From the NCBI GenBank assembly GCA_902793375.1, contig CADBDE010000003.1, positions 30,039 through 94,038 of the forward strand: a DNA stretch of 64,000 bases, given 5' to 3'. Position 1 is the stretch's first letter. Every line of letters begins with the position of its first letter. The DNA comes from an uncultured Erysipelotrichaceae bacterium. GTDB lineage: Bacteria; Bacillota_I; Bacilli_A; RF39; UBA660. The notes under the pieces are model-generated. The model searched no databases. It was not told the DNA's origin and saw only the letters and a program-made list of their open reading frames with translations. Positions 47,191-56,837 of the stretch are shown here, in pieces. The translations under genes and the position numbers were made by a program.

Positions 47191-48018
47191 TTACATCTCC
47201 TTTTTACATTTTTCATAACCTTCAACAACAAAATAGTCATAACTTATAATTCCTTCAGTAAAATAATTAAAACTATTTATAGTTGTTTCAACTGTTTTCC
47301 ACAAAGTTACTTCAACTCCGTACACATCATATATTTCAGCTTTGTAAAAATTTCTTAAAAATTTAAAATTATTTTTTATATAATTACTAATCTCTTTATA
47401 AGCATCTATATCTTCTTTTAATTCATCATAACGATTATCAGTAGCACATCCTCTTAATTGGATATAACGTATATTTTTATTTGATGATAATTCTTTTATC
47501 ATATCTATTATTTCATTTTTATTGTATCTATTTACTACTATCCCAATACGATAATTCCTGTTTATAAATTTATTAATATCATTTAAATTTATAGTCTTTT
47601 TCACTTCTGTAATTTTAAGATTTGTTTCATCATTTAATGAGTGTACTGAATAACTTATTGTTCCATTTAAACTTTCTAATTCTTTTTTCTTTTCTATTGC
47701 TAATAAACCATTTGTTCTTATTCCAACGATAAAGTCTTTTGATTTTAAATATTCTATTAATTCTAAAAGATATTTGTATAATAATGGATCAGTGTTTTGC
47801 CCAGTTAAGTATATTTTTTTTATATTGTTTTTCTTACATATATCTAAATAATTATCAAAGTTTTTCCATTTTTTAAAATGAACATTTAAATAATTACTTT
47901 TTAAGCATTTAATATCCTTTCCTAAGCAAAAGAAACATTTATAATTACATGGTCCTTGCAAATTTATATTTGCAAATACTGGATTTTCTCTTTCTCTATT
48001 TTTATACATAAATATCAC
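47191..48018 (-). CDS. Radical SAM domain protein of unknown function, embedded in the NAD operon
   Basis: CNYKCFFC is a CxxxCxxC cluster at residues 25-32, followed by IYLTGQNTDPLL (SAM-binding glycine-rich-like). 275 aa. Confidence 0.65.
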   Translation of the reverse strand: MIFMYKNRERENPVFANINLQGPCNYKCFFCLGKDIKCLKSNYLNVHFKKWKNFDNYLDICKKNNIKKIYLTGQNTDPLLYKYLLELIEYLKSKDFIVGIRTNGLLAIEKKKELESLNGTISYSVHSLNDETNLKITEVKKTINLNDINKFINRNYRIGIVVNRYNKNEIIDMIKELSSNKNIRYIQLRGCATDNRYDELKEDIDAYKEISNYIKNNFKFLRNFYKAEIYDVYGVEVTLWKTVETTINSFNYFTEGIISYDYFVVEGYEKCKKEM

Positions 48019-48590
48019 TTCTTTTTTAAATAATTTTTACCTTTTTCAAGTGCATATATAGAATTTAATCCTCCTATATATCCTTTTTCTATGAGACAAT
48101 CGATTTCTTCAAAATCAACAAGTATATATTTTATAAATTCACCCTTATCTAGTTTTTGTTCTTTAACTTTTTTACAATGAAGTGCTACAAAGTAATGGTT
48201 ATATGCTTCTGAACAAGCTTGATCTTGATAAAAGCTTCCAAGCGATACAAACTCATCAGTTGTATATCCAGTCTCTTCTAATAGTTCTCTTTTTGCTGCA
48301 TCAAGAGCGGTTTCATTTTTTTCGATGTATCCAGCAGGAAGACCAACATCAACTGTTCTTTTAGTAAACACTCTTGGTTCTACTGCAAGTATTACTTTAT
48401 TATCTTCAGTAATAGGAAGAATAATAGATGCACTACCGCTTCCTCCATTTTTAAGTATTTTTTCTCTTTTTATTATTTCTCCATTATTAAGCTTACATTC
48501 ATAAGTTTTTGTTGTAAGAAAGTTACCACTTTCTGTTTCAATCATTTGAAGTGTCTTTAATTCATTAAAGTACTTTTCTATTTGGTTCAT
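48015..48590 (-). CDS. Nudix hydrolase (ADP-ribose pyrophosphatase-like)
   Basis: Nudix box GYIEKNETALDAAKRELLEETGY (Gx5Ex7REUxEExGU). Confidence 0.75.
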   Translation of the reverse strand: MNQIEKYFNELKTLQMIETESGNFLTTKTYECKLNNGEIIKREKILKNGGSGSASIILPITEDNKVILAVEPRVFTKRTVDVGLPAGYIEKNETALDAAKRELLEETGYTTDEFVSLGSFYQDQACSEAYNHYFVALHCKKVKEQKLDKGEFIKYILVDFEEIDCLIEKGYIGGLNSIYALEKGKNYLKKK

Positions 48591-50061
48591 TTCTTTTCAC
48601 CAACTTCTTGGCTTCCTCAATCATATCTTTTTTAAAGTTTACATAATTTTCTGTTCCATCTACATAATACTCATGAGGCATTACTGTTCTTTTAACCTCA
48701 GGATATAGTGTATCCATTTCTTTATTACAGTAATCTTTCTTTTCTAAAATACTTGGATCTTTATATACTAATTCTCCATTTATAAATATTGGTTTTTGTA
48801 ATTCAACTAAATCAAAGTTATCTATTGTAGTACTCTTTAAAAAGTCAGTTACACTTACTATTGTTAATTCTCTTTCATTTACTTTTTCATTATGTCTTGC
48901 TAGGACATCTGCTAATGCATAACCTGTTTTTTTATCGTATGCTCTATAAAGTTTCTTATAATCTGGATTTACTATTTTAATTGTGTCATTACTTAATTTA
49001 ATCTTTGGTACCCAAACACCTTTTTCTTTTCTCCAAGCTACTTCTTTATAAACACAACCCATTCTTCCTTCTGGTTTTGAAATGTTATCTCCTACTCCTA
49101 AGCTATCAAACTTAGCTCCTTGAGCAATTAATGTTTCTATTGTTTCAGCAGTAAGACCATTACTTAAACATATTTTAGCTTGTGGAAAACCTGCTTCATC
49201 TAACATTCTTCTTGCTTCTTTAGATAAGTATGCTAAGTCTCCTGAATCAATTCTAATTCCTATATGATTCGTATCAAGTCCATTTTCTTTCATATATTTA
49301 AATGTTTTAATAGCATTTGGAATACCACTTCTTAAAGTATCTATTGTGTCAACTAGTAATATACAGTTATTTGGATATGTTTTAGCATATTCAATAAATG
49401 ATTCTAATTCAGTTTCATAAGACTCTATCCATGAATGTGCTTGTGTTCCCATTGCTTTCATATTTAACATATTTGCAGCGATTATATTACTTGTTCCAAC
49501 ACATCCTGCCATAATACCATAGATTGATGCATCTATTGCAGCTTCGCAGCCATCAGCTCTTCTTGCACCAAACTCCATTACTCCAACATTTTTTGGTGTT
49601 GCTTCAATTATTCTTCTTGCACCAGTTGCATGTTCCATCGCACCATTTACTATTGATAATAAAGCTGTTTCTACAATTTGAGCTTCTATTAATGGAGCTT
49701 TTACTGTTACGATTGGCTCATTAGGAAACACTGGAGTTCCATCAGGTACTGCATATATGTCTCCAGTAAACTTAAATTTTTTTAAATAATTGATAAAATC
49801 TTCATCATAACCTTTTCTTCTAAAATAATCTAATTCTTGTTCACCAAACTTAAAGTTTTCGATAAATGGAATTACTTTATCAAGCCCTGCCATAATAGCA
49901 TATCCACCATTATTTGGAACTTTTCTAAAGAAAACATCAAATACTGCTTCTTCATCTTTCTTACCACTTTTTAAATAACCATTAGCCATTGTGAATTCAT
50001 ATTCATCATCCATTAATGTATAGTTTCTAGGAAGTCTTTCATATCCATTATAAATTTCCAT
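48565..50061 (-). CDS. pncB: Nicotinate phosphoribosyltransferase
   Basis: 498 aa; N-terminal LMDDEYEFTMANGYL and central MEFGARRA...GTQAHSW match NAPRTase family signatures. Confidence 0.85.
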   Translation of the reverse strand: MEIYNGYERLPRNYTLMDDEYEFTMANGYLKSGKKDEEAVFDVFFRKVPNNGGYAIMAGLDKVIPFIENFKFGEQELDYFRRKGYDEDFINYLKKFKFTGDIYAVPDGTPVFPNEPIVTVKAPLIEAQIVETALLSIVNGAMEHATGARRIIEATPKNVGVMEFGARRADGCEAAIDASIYGIMAGCVGTSNIIAANMLNMKAMGTQAHSWIESYETELESFIEYAKTYPNNCILLVDTIDTLRSGIPNAIKTFKYMKENGLDTNHIGIRIDSGDLAYLSKEARRMLDEAGFPQAKICLSNGLTAETIETLIAQGAKFDSLGVGDNISKPEGRMGCVYKEVAWRKEKGVWVPKIKLSNDTIKIVNPDYKKLYRAYDKKTGYALADVLARHNEKVNERELTIVSVTDFLKSTTIDNFDLVELQKPIFINGELVYKDPSILEKKDYCNKEMDTLYPEVKRTVMPHEYYVDGTENYVNFKKDMIEEAKKLVKRNEPNRKVL

Positions 50062-50062
50062 A

Positions 50063-50680
50063 TTATATACCTCTTTTCTTTTTAGCTAAAACTTTTATTC
50101 CATTAGCTTTCATTTCTTCTATTGCTCTTTTTGTTACTTCGTCAGCATCATGCCCTGGCGCATCATAAGTATCGATTCCATCTTCTGCTACATAGATATC
50201 AATATCTCTATCTAATTGATCAAATAGATTTCTTAATGTAATTCCTCCATTTTTAACACATACTTCTGATAGGCATCCCATAAGAAGTACTGTTTTAAGA
50301 TTTTTTAAACGATCTATAAAATCCATAAATCCTGGTGCAAATACGAAGTTTGTACTATTTTTAGTATAGTCATATGAACAATCTTTATAATCTTCTAGCT
50401 CATCAATTAACATTGGCTCTTCTGTATCTATAGAACAGTGTTCACCAAATGTTTTGTATTCAACTGAACCTTTATGATGCAAATCTCTTATAATTGCAAT
50501 TGCTTTGTTATCATCTTCTTTATAAGATTTTAAAAGTTCATGTTGTCTTCTTACTACCCTCATAATTGATGGTGCAGCAAGAGCTCCTTTCACTACGAAT
50601 CCTTTAACCATATCTATGTTTATGGCTAAGTGTTCAATTTTTAATTCTTGTTCTTGATTTGTTTTGTTATTAATTATCAT
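50063..50680 (-). CDS. pncA: Isochorismatase-family cysteine hydrolase, nicotinamidase-like
   Basis: Catalytic-triad context IDMVKGFV (Asp), K at about position 113, and LLMGCLSEVCV (Cys), as in PncA/isochorismatase hydrolases. First gene of the NAD operon. Confidence 0.65.
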   Translation of the reverse strand: MIINNKTNQEQELKIEHLAINIDMVKGFVVKGALAAPSIMRVVRRQHELLKSYKEDDNKAIAIIRDLHHKGSVEYKTFGEHCSIDTEEPMLIDELEDYKDCSYDYTKNSTNFVFAPGFMDFIDRLKNLKTVLLMGCLSEVCVKNGGITLRNLFDQLDRDIDIYVAEDGIDTYDAPGHDADEVTKRAIEEMKANGIKVLAKKKRGI

Positions 50681-50699
50681 TTTTCATCTCTCCTCTTTT

Positions 50700-50815
50700 T
50701 AACAACTTGTTAATAACATTAGGTATAAAAAAAGTAAATATTTCACACCTGTTATTAACATTATATTAATAACAAACAAAAATGTCAATACTCTTTTTAA
50801 CATTTTGTTAAAAAG
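50700..50815 (-). promoter_or_regulatory. Promoter/operator region of the NAD salvage operon with three palindromic elements (candidate NrtR operators)
   Basis: TGTTAATAACA at 50708-50718; its exact reverse complement TGTTATTAACA at 50750-50760; and TTTAACATTTTGTTAAA at 50796-50812. All lie within 140 bp upstream of the pncA start. Confidence 0.4.
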
Positions 50816-50926
50816 ATATACATTCTACTGTAAAGCAAACAAAAACAATTGCATCAATTATTGGGGAAATGATGAATTTGAAATAAAAGTGAGGCAATTA
50901 AAAAAAGTTATATAAATATAACTCTT

Positions 50927-51904
50927 TTAATCATCTTCATAATAATAATCATCTTCTTCCATATTTTCTTCTTCAAAATGGAATGGCTCATATTCACCTT
51001 TTTTAACTAAATCTTCTTCCCAAGACATTAAAGTAGTATCATTTTTTGATTTAGAATTATTAAATAATTTATATAAGAATCCAAAAAATAAAGTTTTCTT
51101 TATTTTCTTTTCATTTTCTTTTTTTGCTTTTTCTAATTCTTTTAAATTTTTTTCTAATTCATTTATTTCATTACTTATTTTATCAAATTTATCATAAATA
51201 AACGAATCATCAAATACATATGTATATCCTTCATCTTCATATTCTTCTTTTGGTTTTAATTTCTCTTCAGCTTTCTTTCTTTTTCTTTCTTCAATTACAT
51301 TTTTTCCTTCTTCAATTTTATCAAGTAATTCATTATAATCATCTATTGTATAATTTAAATAATCACAAGAATATCTTAGTGCAGATCTTAATTTATATAT
51401 ATTTTTTTCGTCAATAAAATCTTCTAATTTTTTAATATAATTTAAGTATTTTTTGTCATCTTTAAACGTCACCGTAAACATCAAAACATTTAAGTATTTT
51501 TTGTTTTCATAGTAAGTATTTTTTATTAATTCAACAATTTCTTTAATTCGTTCAATATTCTTTTTATATTCTACTAACATTCTTTCTTTTTCATATATCA
51601 TTTTTAATGACATTAATAAAGCATATACATGTTTACAATATTTATCCGTACTTTTGTGATATTCACACTCACAAGAAACATCGACAATATTATCATTATC
51701 AAAATCAATTGATACTTTATATTCTTTAGTACCTTCTACTAATCCAGATACTTTATTATTTGACTTATGAATGGCTTTTACTCTATCAATAGAATAATAA
51801 TTCTTTCCTCTTGACTTTATAATTTCTCTAAATAAATAATCATATTTCGTATTATTTAAATCATACATTTTTTCATCATAAGTTACTTTATCTAATTTCT
51901 TCAT
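50927..51904 (-). CDS. SWIM zinc-finger domain protein with acidic Tyr-rich C-terminus
   Basis: VSCECEYHKSTDKYCKHVYALL fits the SWIM CxCxnCxH zinc-finger pattern. C-terminus EENMEEDDYYYEDD. Confidence 0.5.
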   Translation of the reverse strand: MKKLDKVTYDEKMYDLNNTKYDYLFREIIKSRGKNYYSIDRVKAIHKSNNKVSGLVEGTKEYKVSIDFDNDNIVDVSCECEYHKSTDKYCKHVYALLMSLKMIYEKERMLVEYKKNIERIKEIVELIKNTYYENKKYLNVLMFTVTFKDDKKYLNYIKKLEDFIDEKNIYKLRSALRYSCDYLNYTIDDYNELLDKIEEGKNVIEERKRKKAEEKLKPKEEYEDEGYTYVFDDSFIYDKFDKISNEINELEKNLKELEKAKKENEKKIKKTLFFGFLYKLFNNSKSKNDTTLMSWEEDLVKKGEYEPFHFEEENMEEDDYYYEDD

Positions 51905-51986
51905 AGAATCATCTCAATAATTATTATATCATATTAAAAAATAAGGGGATTTAAAAAAACTTAAGATTTATACTTAAGTCAAAATA

Positions 51987-52517
51987 CTATTTCACATTTC
52001 CAATTCTTTTTACATAGTCTTTATAAATTTTAAAAAATTCTTTAGCATCAAAATAATAACTATCAATATTAAATTCTCTCTTTATAATACCTCTATTTGT
52101 ACATAGTTTTATTATGCAATCTCCACTTAAATCAATATTTTTTGATAATTCAATAAACTCTCTAGAATCATTTAATCCTGAAATATTAATAGGAAAAGTA
52201 GCAGAAAATAATTTAGATACACCTGTTATATTTTTACCGGTTCTACTAGTAATCTCACTTAATAATGTTGGATTTATATTTATTTTATATTCTTTTTCTC
52301 CTTTTACTATTTTTATACTATTAATAGATATTGGAAGTCTTGATTTATTTTCTATAAGCAAATCAAAAATATAAATATATTTATCCTTAATATAATTTCT
52401 AGTATATGAATTGATAATTAAATTAATATTTTTGTGATTACACTTATAAGTATAAATAGCATTACCTAACGATAAGACAAAAGCTAATATTGCAATAATG
52501 ATTGAAATTATTTCCAT
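51987..52517 (-). CDS. Hypothetical membrane-anchored protein (176 aa)
   Basis: N-terminal TM helix IISIIIAILAFVLSLG. No other motif. Confidence 0.35.
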   Translation of the reverse strand: MEIISIIIAILAFVLSLGNAIYTYKCNHKNINLIINSYTRNYIKDKYIYIFDLLIENKSRLPISINSIKIVKGEKEYKININPTLLSEITSRTGKNITGVSKLFSATFPINISGLNDSREFIELSKNIDLSGDCIIKLCTNRGIIKREFNIDSYYFDAKEFFKIYKDYVKRIGNVK

Positions 52518-52541
52518 ATTTTTTTACCTCCATTTTTATTT

Positions 52542-53462
52542 CTATTTATTGGTGTCATATTTATCAACTATTTTTATCAAGTCATTTTTTAAATTTTCTA
52601 TTTTTATCTCATATTCTTTTTTCGACTTTACTTCTTTATGAATGCAATTATTTATAATTCTTATTGCCTCTTTTTGCTGATCAGTACCATTCTCCTCAAT
52701 ATATTTACAAAAGTTATCATTTAAAGAATTTAGTTTGTTATCCATTAAATCATATTTCTTAATAGTATCTTCATCTTTATTAAAAAAACTAATGAGATTA
52801 TTTGAATCAAAATATTCTTTCAAAATGTGTATAGATTCCTCATTTTCTCTTGAAAACATTTTATCTATTTCATTTGTTGATTCATTATATTTTTGCTCTA
52901 TATAATTAATTTTTTCGTTTATTTTATCAAAAGAATATTGAATTCTAGGCTTTGATAATATGATTGATTCTATTCTCTTTTTTGATATTTTATTATATAC
53001 TTCATAGAAAATATCATTAATAATTATTCGTAATTTTTCAATAATTTTGAAATCAATAAACATCTCAAATAACATAGTATCATCTTCATCATCTTTAAAA
53101 AAATGATTTACTTGGTCTCTTATATATTTAATTATTTTATAAAAATTTGATTTGTAATTTGGTTGATTATAGTATTTTTTATCAGTTGCATAAAACTCTT
53201 TGTTTATAAAAAGTTCAAAGTCATTAAAACGCTTACATTTTCCAAATAAATCTTTTGAATTTTTTATAGAATTTAACAGGTTATATATAGAAGAACAATA
53301 AACTTTATATACCCTGTTTCTTTCAGTCATAGTGTCAATAGATAATTCTTTGTCATCAAATTCAACATATATTTTAGATAGTGTATTAGATAATTCTACA
53401 AAATCTTGAATTCTTAAAATACGTTTTATTTGTTTATTTGAATATGTCATAATATACCTCAC
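52542..53462 (-). CDS. Hypothetical protein (306 aa), all-helical; possible Abi-like gene by context only
   Basis: ORF only. Located in the defense-type island. Confidence 0.3.
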   Translation of the reverse strand: MRYIMTYSNKQIKRILRIQDFVELSNTLSKIYVEFDDKELSIDTMTERNRVYKVYCSSIYNLLNSIKNSKDLFGKCKRFNDFELFINKEFYATDKKYYNQPNYKSNFYKIIKYIRDQVNHFFKDDEDDTMLFEMFIDFKIIEKLRIIINDIFYEVYNKISKKRIESIILSKPRIQYSFDKINEKINYIEQKYNESTNEIDKMFSRENEESIHILKEYFDSNNLISFFNKDEDTIKKYDLMDNKLNSLNDNFCKYIEENGTDQQKEAIRIINNCIHKEVKSKKEYEIKIENLKNDLIKIVDKYDTNK

Positions 53463-53547
53463 TTTAATGTAATATTATATCATAAACTAGAATAACTTTT
53501 TTTCAAATTTATTATATAATTTTTTTATACAATTTATAATAAATAAT

Positions 53548-53580
53548 TAAAAACCGATGATAATCATTCATCGGTTATTT
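53548..53580 (-). terminator. Rho-independent terminator after the KAP NTPase gene
   Basis: aaccgatga-taatcat-tcatcggtt followed (minus sense) by ttttaattattt. Confidence 0.5.
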
Positions 53581-55476
53581 TCATAGTAATTCAAATTTTT
53601 CAGATAAAATGCTTAATAAATAATTTATAGCTTCTTTTTTTGTAACGCCATACTTATCTTTTTCCAATTTGTTAATACCATTTATTAATTCTTCAAATGA
53701 TTCTTTATCACTATCATAATACTCCTTCATATTTCCATTATTATATATTCTATCTATGCAATACTTAAAATAGTATATATTTTTATTATTACTTTTATCA
53801 ATATTACTTATTATTCTTTCTATATTCAATTTTGATAAAAAACCTTTCACATTAAAAAAGTAATTATAATTTTCACTTTCTCGAATATAATTATATAATT
53901 TTATTCCCCAATCATCATCAGTTAATATATTATCAAGAGAATCTTTATTAATATTGATATTTTTGTTTTTACTTGCTATTTTTAATCTTTCTATATTTTT
54001 ATTATAAGTATTCAATACCTTCTCATCTCTAATGATTTGCTCATAATTTATGTAATACTTTCTATCAAGATTTTTATCTATCTTATCTTCCATAATAGTT
54101 ATTATCTCATCAATAAGTTTAGTTTCAAAATTCAAATTCTGTAATGCTGATAATGTTACAATTATTTTTGGGAAAACACCACATGTATATAAATCATTGC
54201 TTAATTCATCTTTTAATGAATTTAATAGTTCATGCAATTTATCATCATCTAATTCCCAATAAATCTTTAATTTTGAAAATGCATTATCTGTATTTTCAAA
54301 GTCAGTTTCATTACTATTAATATATTCATCTATCGTACTCTCTATTTCTTTTATATCCACATCTTTATTTAGAATATAGTCATCAACAAACTTAAATGCT
54401 ACAAAATACATAAGCATGCTCTGATGTTCATCATCACCAAAACATGTTGTTTGATATTTTATTCCACCAGACCAATTCAACATTTTATTACCTGCTTTAA
54501 TATTAATAATATCAATAATAAAATTAATATATATTTTTGAATACATTTCTTTTTTTAATTTTAATTTAGCTTCATTTATTTTTAAAAACAGTTCATAAAA
54601 ATCTTCGAATATACATTTTATTGTTCTTAAATTGCTACAAGTATATAAGTTGGTTTCATTAATCAATATTTTTTTATGTTCCTTTAAAAACATAAAGTAA
54701 TCTTTATCATATTTATATATATCAATCAACCTATCTATTATTGTATCTAAATTAGGATTATATTTATAAGTTTTACCAATTAGTTTTTCTTTAATAATCC
54801 TGTAATTATAATTTATTTCATATAAACGATTCACTCTTTCTTTTACAGTAGAAATAGTCGGTGTAGTATTATCAATTTTATTACCAAAAAAATCTTTATT
54901 TTCAGGATCTTCATAATTAATGCTTGATTGCATCGTAGATATAAGTTTCAATTCATAGTTCTTATCAAAATCTATTTTACCAATTTCATTTTCATTTGCA
55001 ATTATAACTACTTTTATACCATTATGTTCAACGAATGAATTAATATATGCTAAGCACACATTAATATCTAAATTTACTCTTTCTAAATCATCAAATATTA
55101 ATAAATAATTTTTTAAATCACATTTTTCATTTAGTTTTCCAAACACTTCTGAATAATCTAAATCTAGTTTTAGTATTTTAGCTGCACTAAAACCAATTGA
55201 AAGCATTTTTGAATACTTTCCTGTGATTTGTAAATAAATATTGGCAGATATTATATCTAGAGAATCTACACCATATAATGATATGTATATAGGTTTCTTA
55301 AATTTTAAAGATGGTTTTTTCCCATTACTTTTAATATCATCATTTAATTTTGGAATCAATTCTTCTTTAACAAAATGTGTTTTCCCTGATCCCCAGTCTC
55401 CATCAATTAATACAGCATAATTTATTCTGTCATTTACTATATATTTTTTTATTTCTTCTATTAAATCTAAATTCAT
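53581..55476 (-). CDS. KAP-family P-loop NTPase
   Basis: AVLIDGDWGSGKTHFV is the KAP-type GxWGxGKT Walker A; LIFDDLER is the Walker B region. 631 aa. Confidence 0.7.
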   Translation of the reverse strand: MNLDLIEEIKKYIVNDRINYAVLIDGDWGSGKTHFVKEELIPKLNDDIKSNGKKPSLKFKKPIYISLYGVDSLDIISANIYLQITGKYSKMLSIGFSAAKILKLDLDYSEVFGKLNEKCDLKNYLLIFDDLERVNLDINVCLAYINSFVEHNGIKVVIIANENEIGKIDFDKNYELKLISTMQSSINYEDPENKDFFGNKIDNTTPTISTVKERVNRLYEINYNYRIIKEKLIGKTYKYNPNLDTIIDRLIDIYKYDKDYFMFLKEHKKILINETNLYTCSNLRTIKCIFEDFYELFLKINEAKLKLKKEMYSKIYINFIIDIINIKAGNKMLNWSGGIKYQTTCFGDDEHQSMLMYFVAFKFVDDYILNKDVDIKEIESTIDEYINSNETDFENTDNAFSKLKIYWELDDDKLHELLNSLKDELSNDLYTCGVFPKIIVTLSALQNLNFETKLIDEIITIMEDKIDKNLDRKYYINYEQIIRDEKVLNTYNKNIERLKIASKNKNININKDSLDNILTDDDWGIKLYNYIRESENYNYFFNVKGFLSKLNIERIISNIDKSNNKNIYYFKYCIDRIYNNGNMKEYYDSDKESFEELINGINKLEKDKYGVTKKEAINYLLSILSEKFELL

Positions 55477-55633
55477 TTTATCCTCCTAAAAAGAAAAATT
55501 CTATACTTTAATGTATAGAAATCTATAATTACATTATACTACTTTTTCCAATAAATGTCTGAAATAATTATAAATAAAAAAAGTATCATATTAATAATAA
55601 TTAGTTACATTATTCTTTTAATTTTTAAAATAA

Positions 55634-56638
55634 CTATTTTATTATTTCTTTCACAATTTCTTCTCCATGTGTTTTTACTTTAATTTCAGGAAGTATATTA
55701 GAATTTTTTAATTCATCAAGAGTCTCTGGTCTAATTTCAACTAATTTATCTAACTCTTCATTAGTAAACACATAATAAGCAGGAATCCCCATTTCACTAG
55801 ATCTATTCTTTCTTAATTCAATTAACCTATCCTTTAAATCATCTACAACTGTAACTGTATTGTTATTACAATATTTCTCTTTATAGTAATTATAGTAATC
55901 AACAACATCATTTGATGATATATCTAAATAATACTGTGCAATTGATTCCATATCTTTTTTATATTCAATTGGATCAAGTCTATCTCTATGATCAATTTCA
56001 TATTGAATTTGTCTTGTTAATGAATCAGCACGAAGAACTTTATACTTCATATCACTTGGAGCTTTACTAGTATTTAATATTGTATCTTGATTAGCAGCTA
56101 CTACCAATACTCTTCTATAATACTCATAATTACTTGATGCAAACATTTTTTTAATTGTAGAAGTATTCTTTTCCCATATCTTTCTCAAAACTTCTCTTTG
56201 AGCTTCTACTTGCGTTAAAGGAGAATTCATTCCTTTTTTAATTATCTTTCCATTAATATTTAGTTCTCTTATAAAATCTCCTTTTTCATTAACAGTAATA
56301 TTTCCAACAAGATTTTTACATTCAACATAATAAATAAATACAGGAGTAATAATAACATAATCTATTTGTGCAGTTAAATCTTCATATTTAACTTTTATAT
56401 CTCTTAAAATATACATACCAATATTAGATTTCTTTAATTGATATGCTATTTCATTTTCTCCATCTAATCCCTTTTTAATAATATATAATTCACTTAATAA
56501 TTCTTCATTATTAGGATATTCTTCATTTAATCTTTTTAAAGCATCATATCTATCTTGTAAATCACTATTCTCTTTATAAAAAACTGTATCTTTAAATCTA
56601 AATGCTTCTATACTACTTAATAAACCCATTTTTACCAC
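55634..56638 (-). CDS. NERD-domain nuclease-related protein with C-terminal HRDC/HTH-like tail
   Basis: GENEIAYQLKKS...LRDIKV...AQIDYVIITPVFIYYVECKNLVGNITV fits the NERD core (QIDhhhh...G.hhhE.KN). Confidence 0.65.
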   Translation of the reverse strand: MVKMGLLSSIEAFRFKDTVFYKENSDLQDRYDALKRLNEEYPNNEELLSELYIIKKGLDGENEIAYQLKKSNIGMYILRDIKVKYEDLTAQIDYVIITPVFIYYVECKNLVGNITVNEKGDFIRELNINGKIIKKGMNSPLTQVEAQREVLRKIWEKNTSTIKKMFASSNYEYYRRVLVVAANQDTILNTSKAPSDMKYKVLRADSLTRQIQYEIDHRDRLDPIEYKKDMESIAQYYLDISSNDVVDYYNYYKEKYCNNNTVTVVDDLKDRLIELRKNRSSEMGIPAYYVFTNEELDKLVEIRPETLDELKNSNILPEIKVKTHGEEIVKEIIK

Positions 56639-56837
56639 CCAACTGAATTATAGCATATTTATTTGTAATTAACCTAGTTATTTTCTCTATCCATGAATAT
56701 TAAATAATTCTAGATTGTATCACAAGCATTTAAAAAAAAAGCAAAATGTTTATCAGTTATACATATATTTTTCAGAAAATAGTATATAAGTTCATAACTT
56801 AAATAAATAAAATATAAAAAAAGCTAGACTTAAAAAT

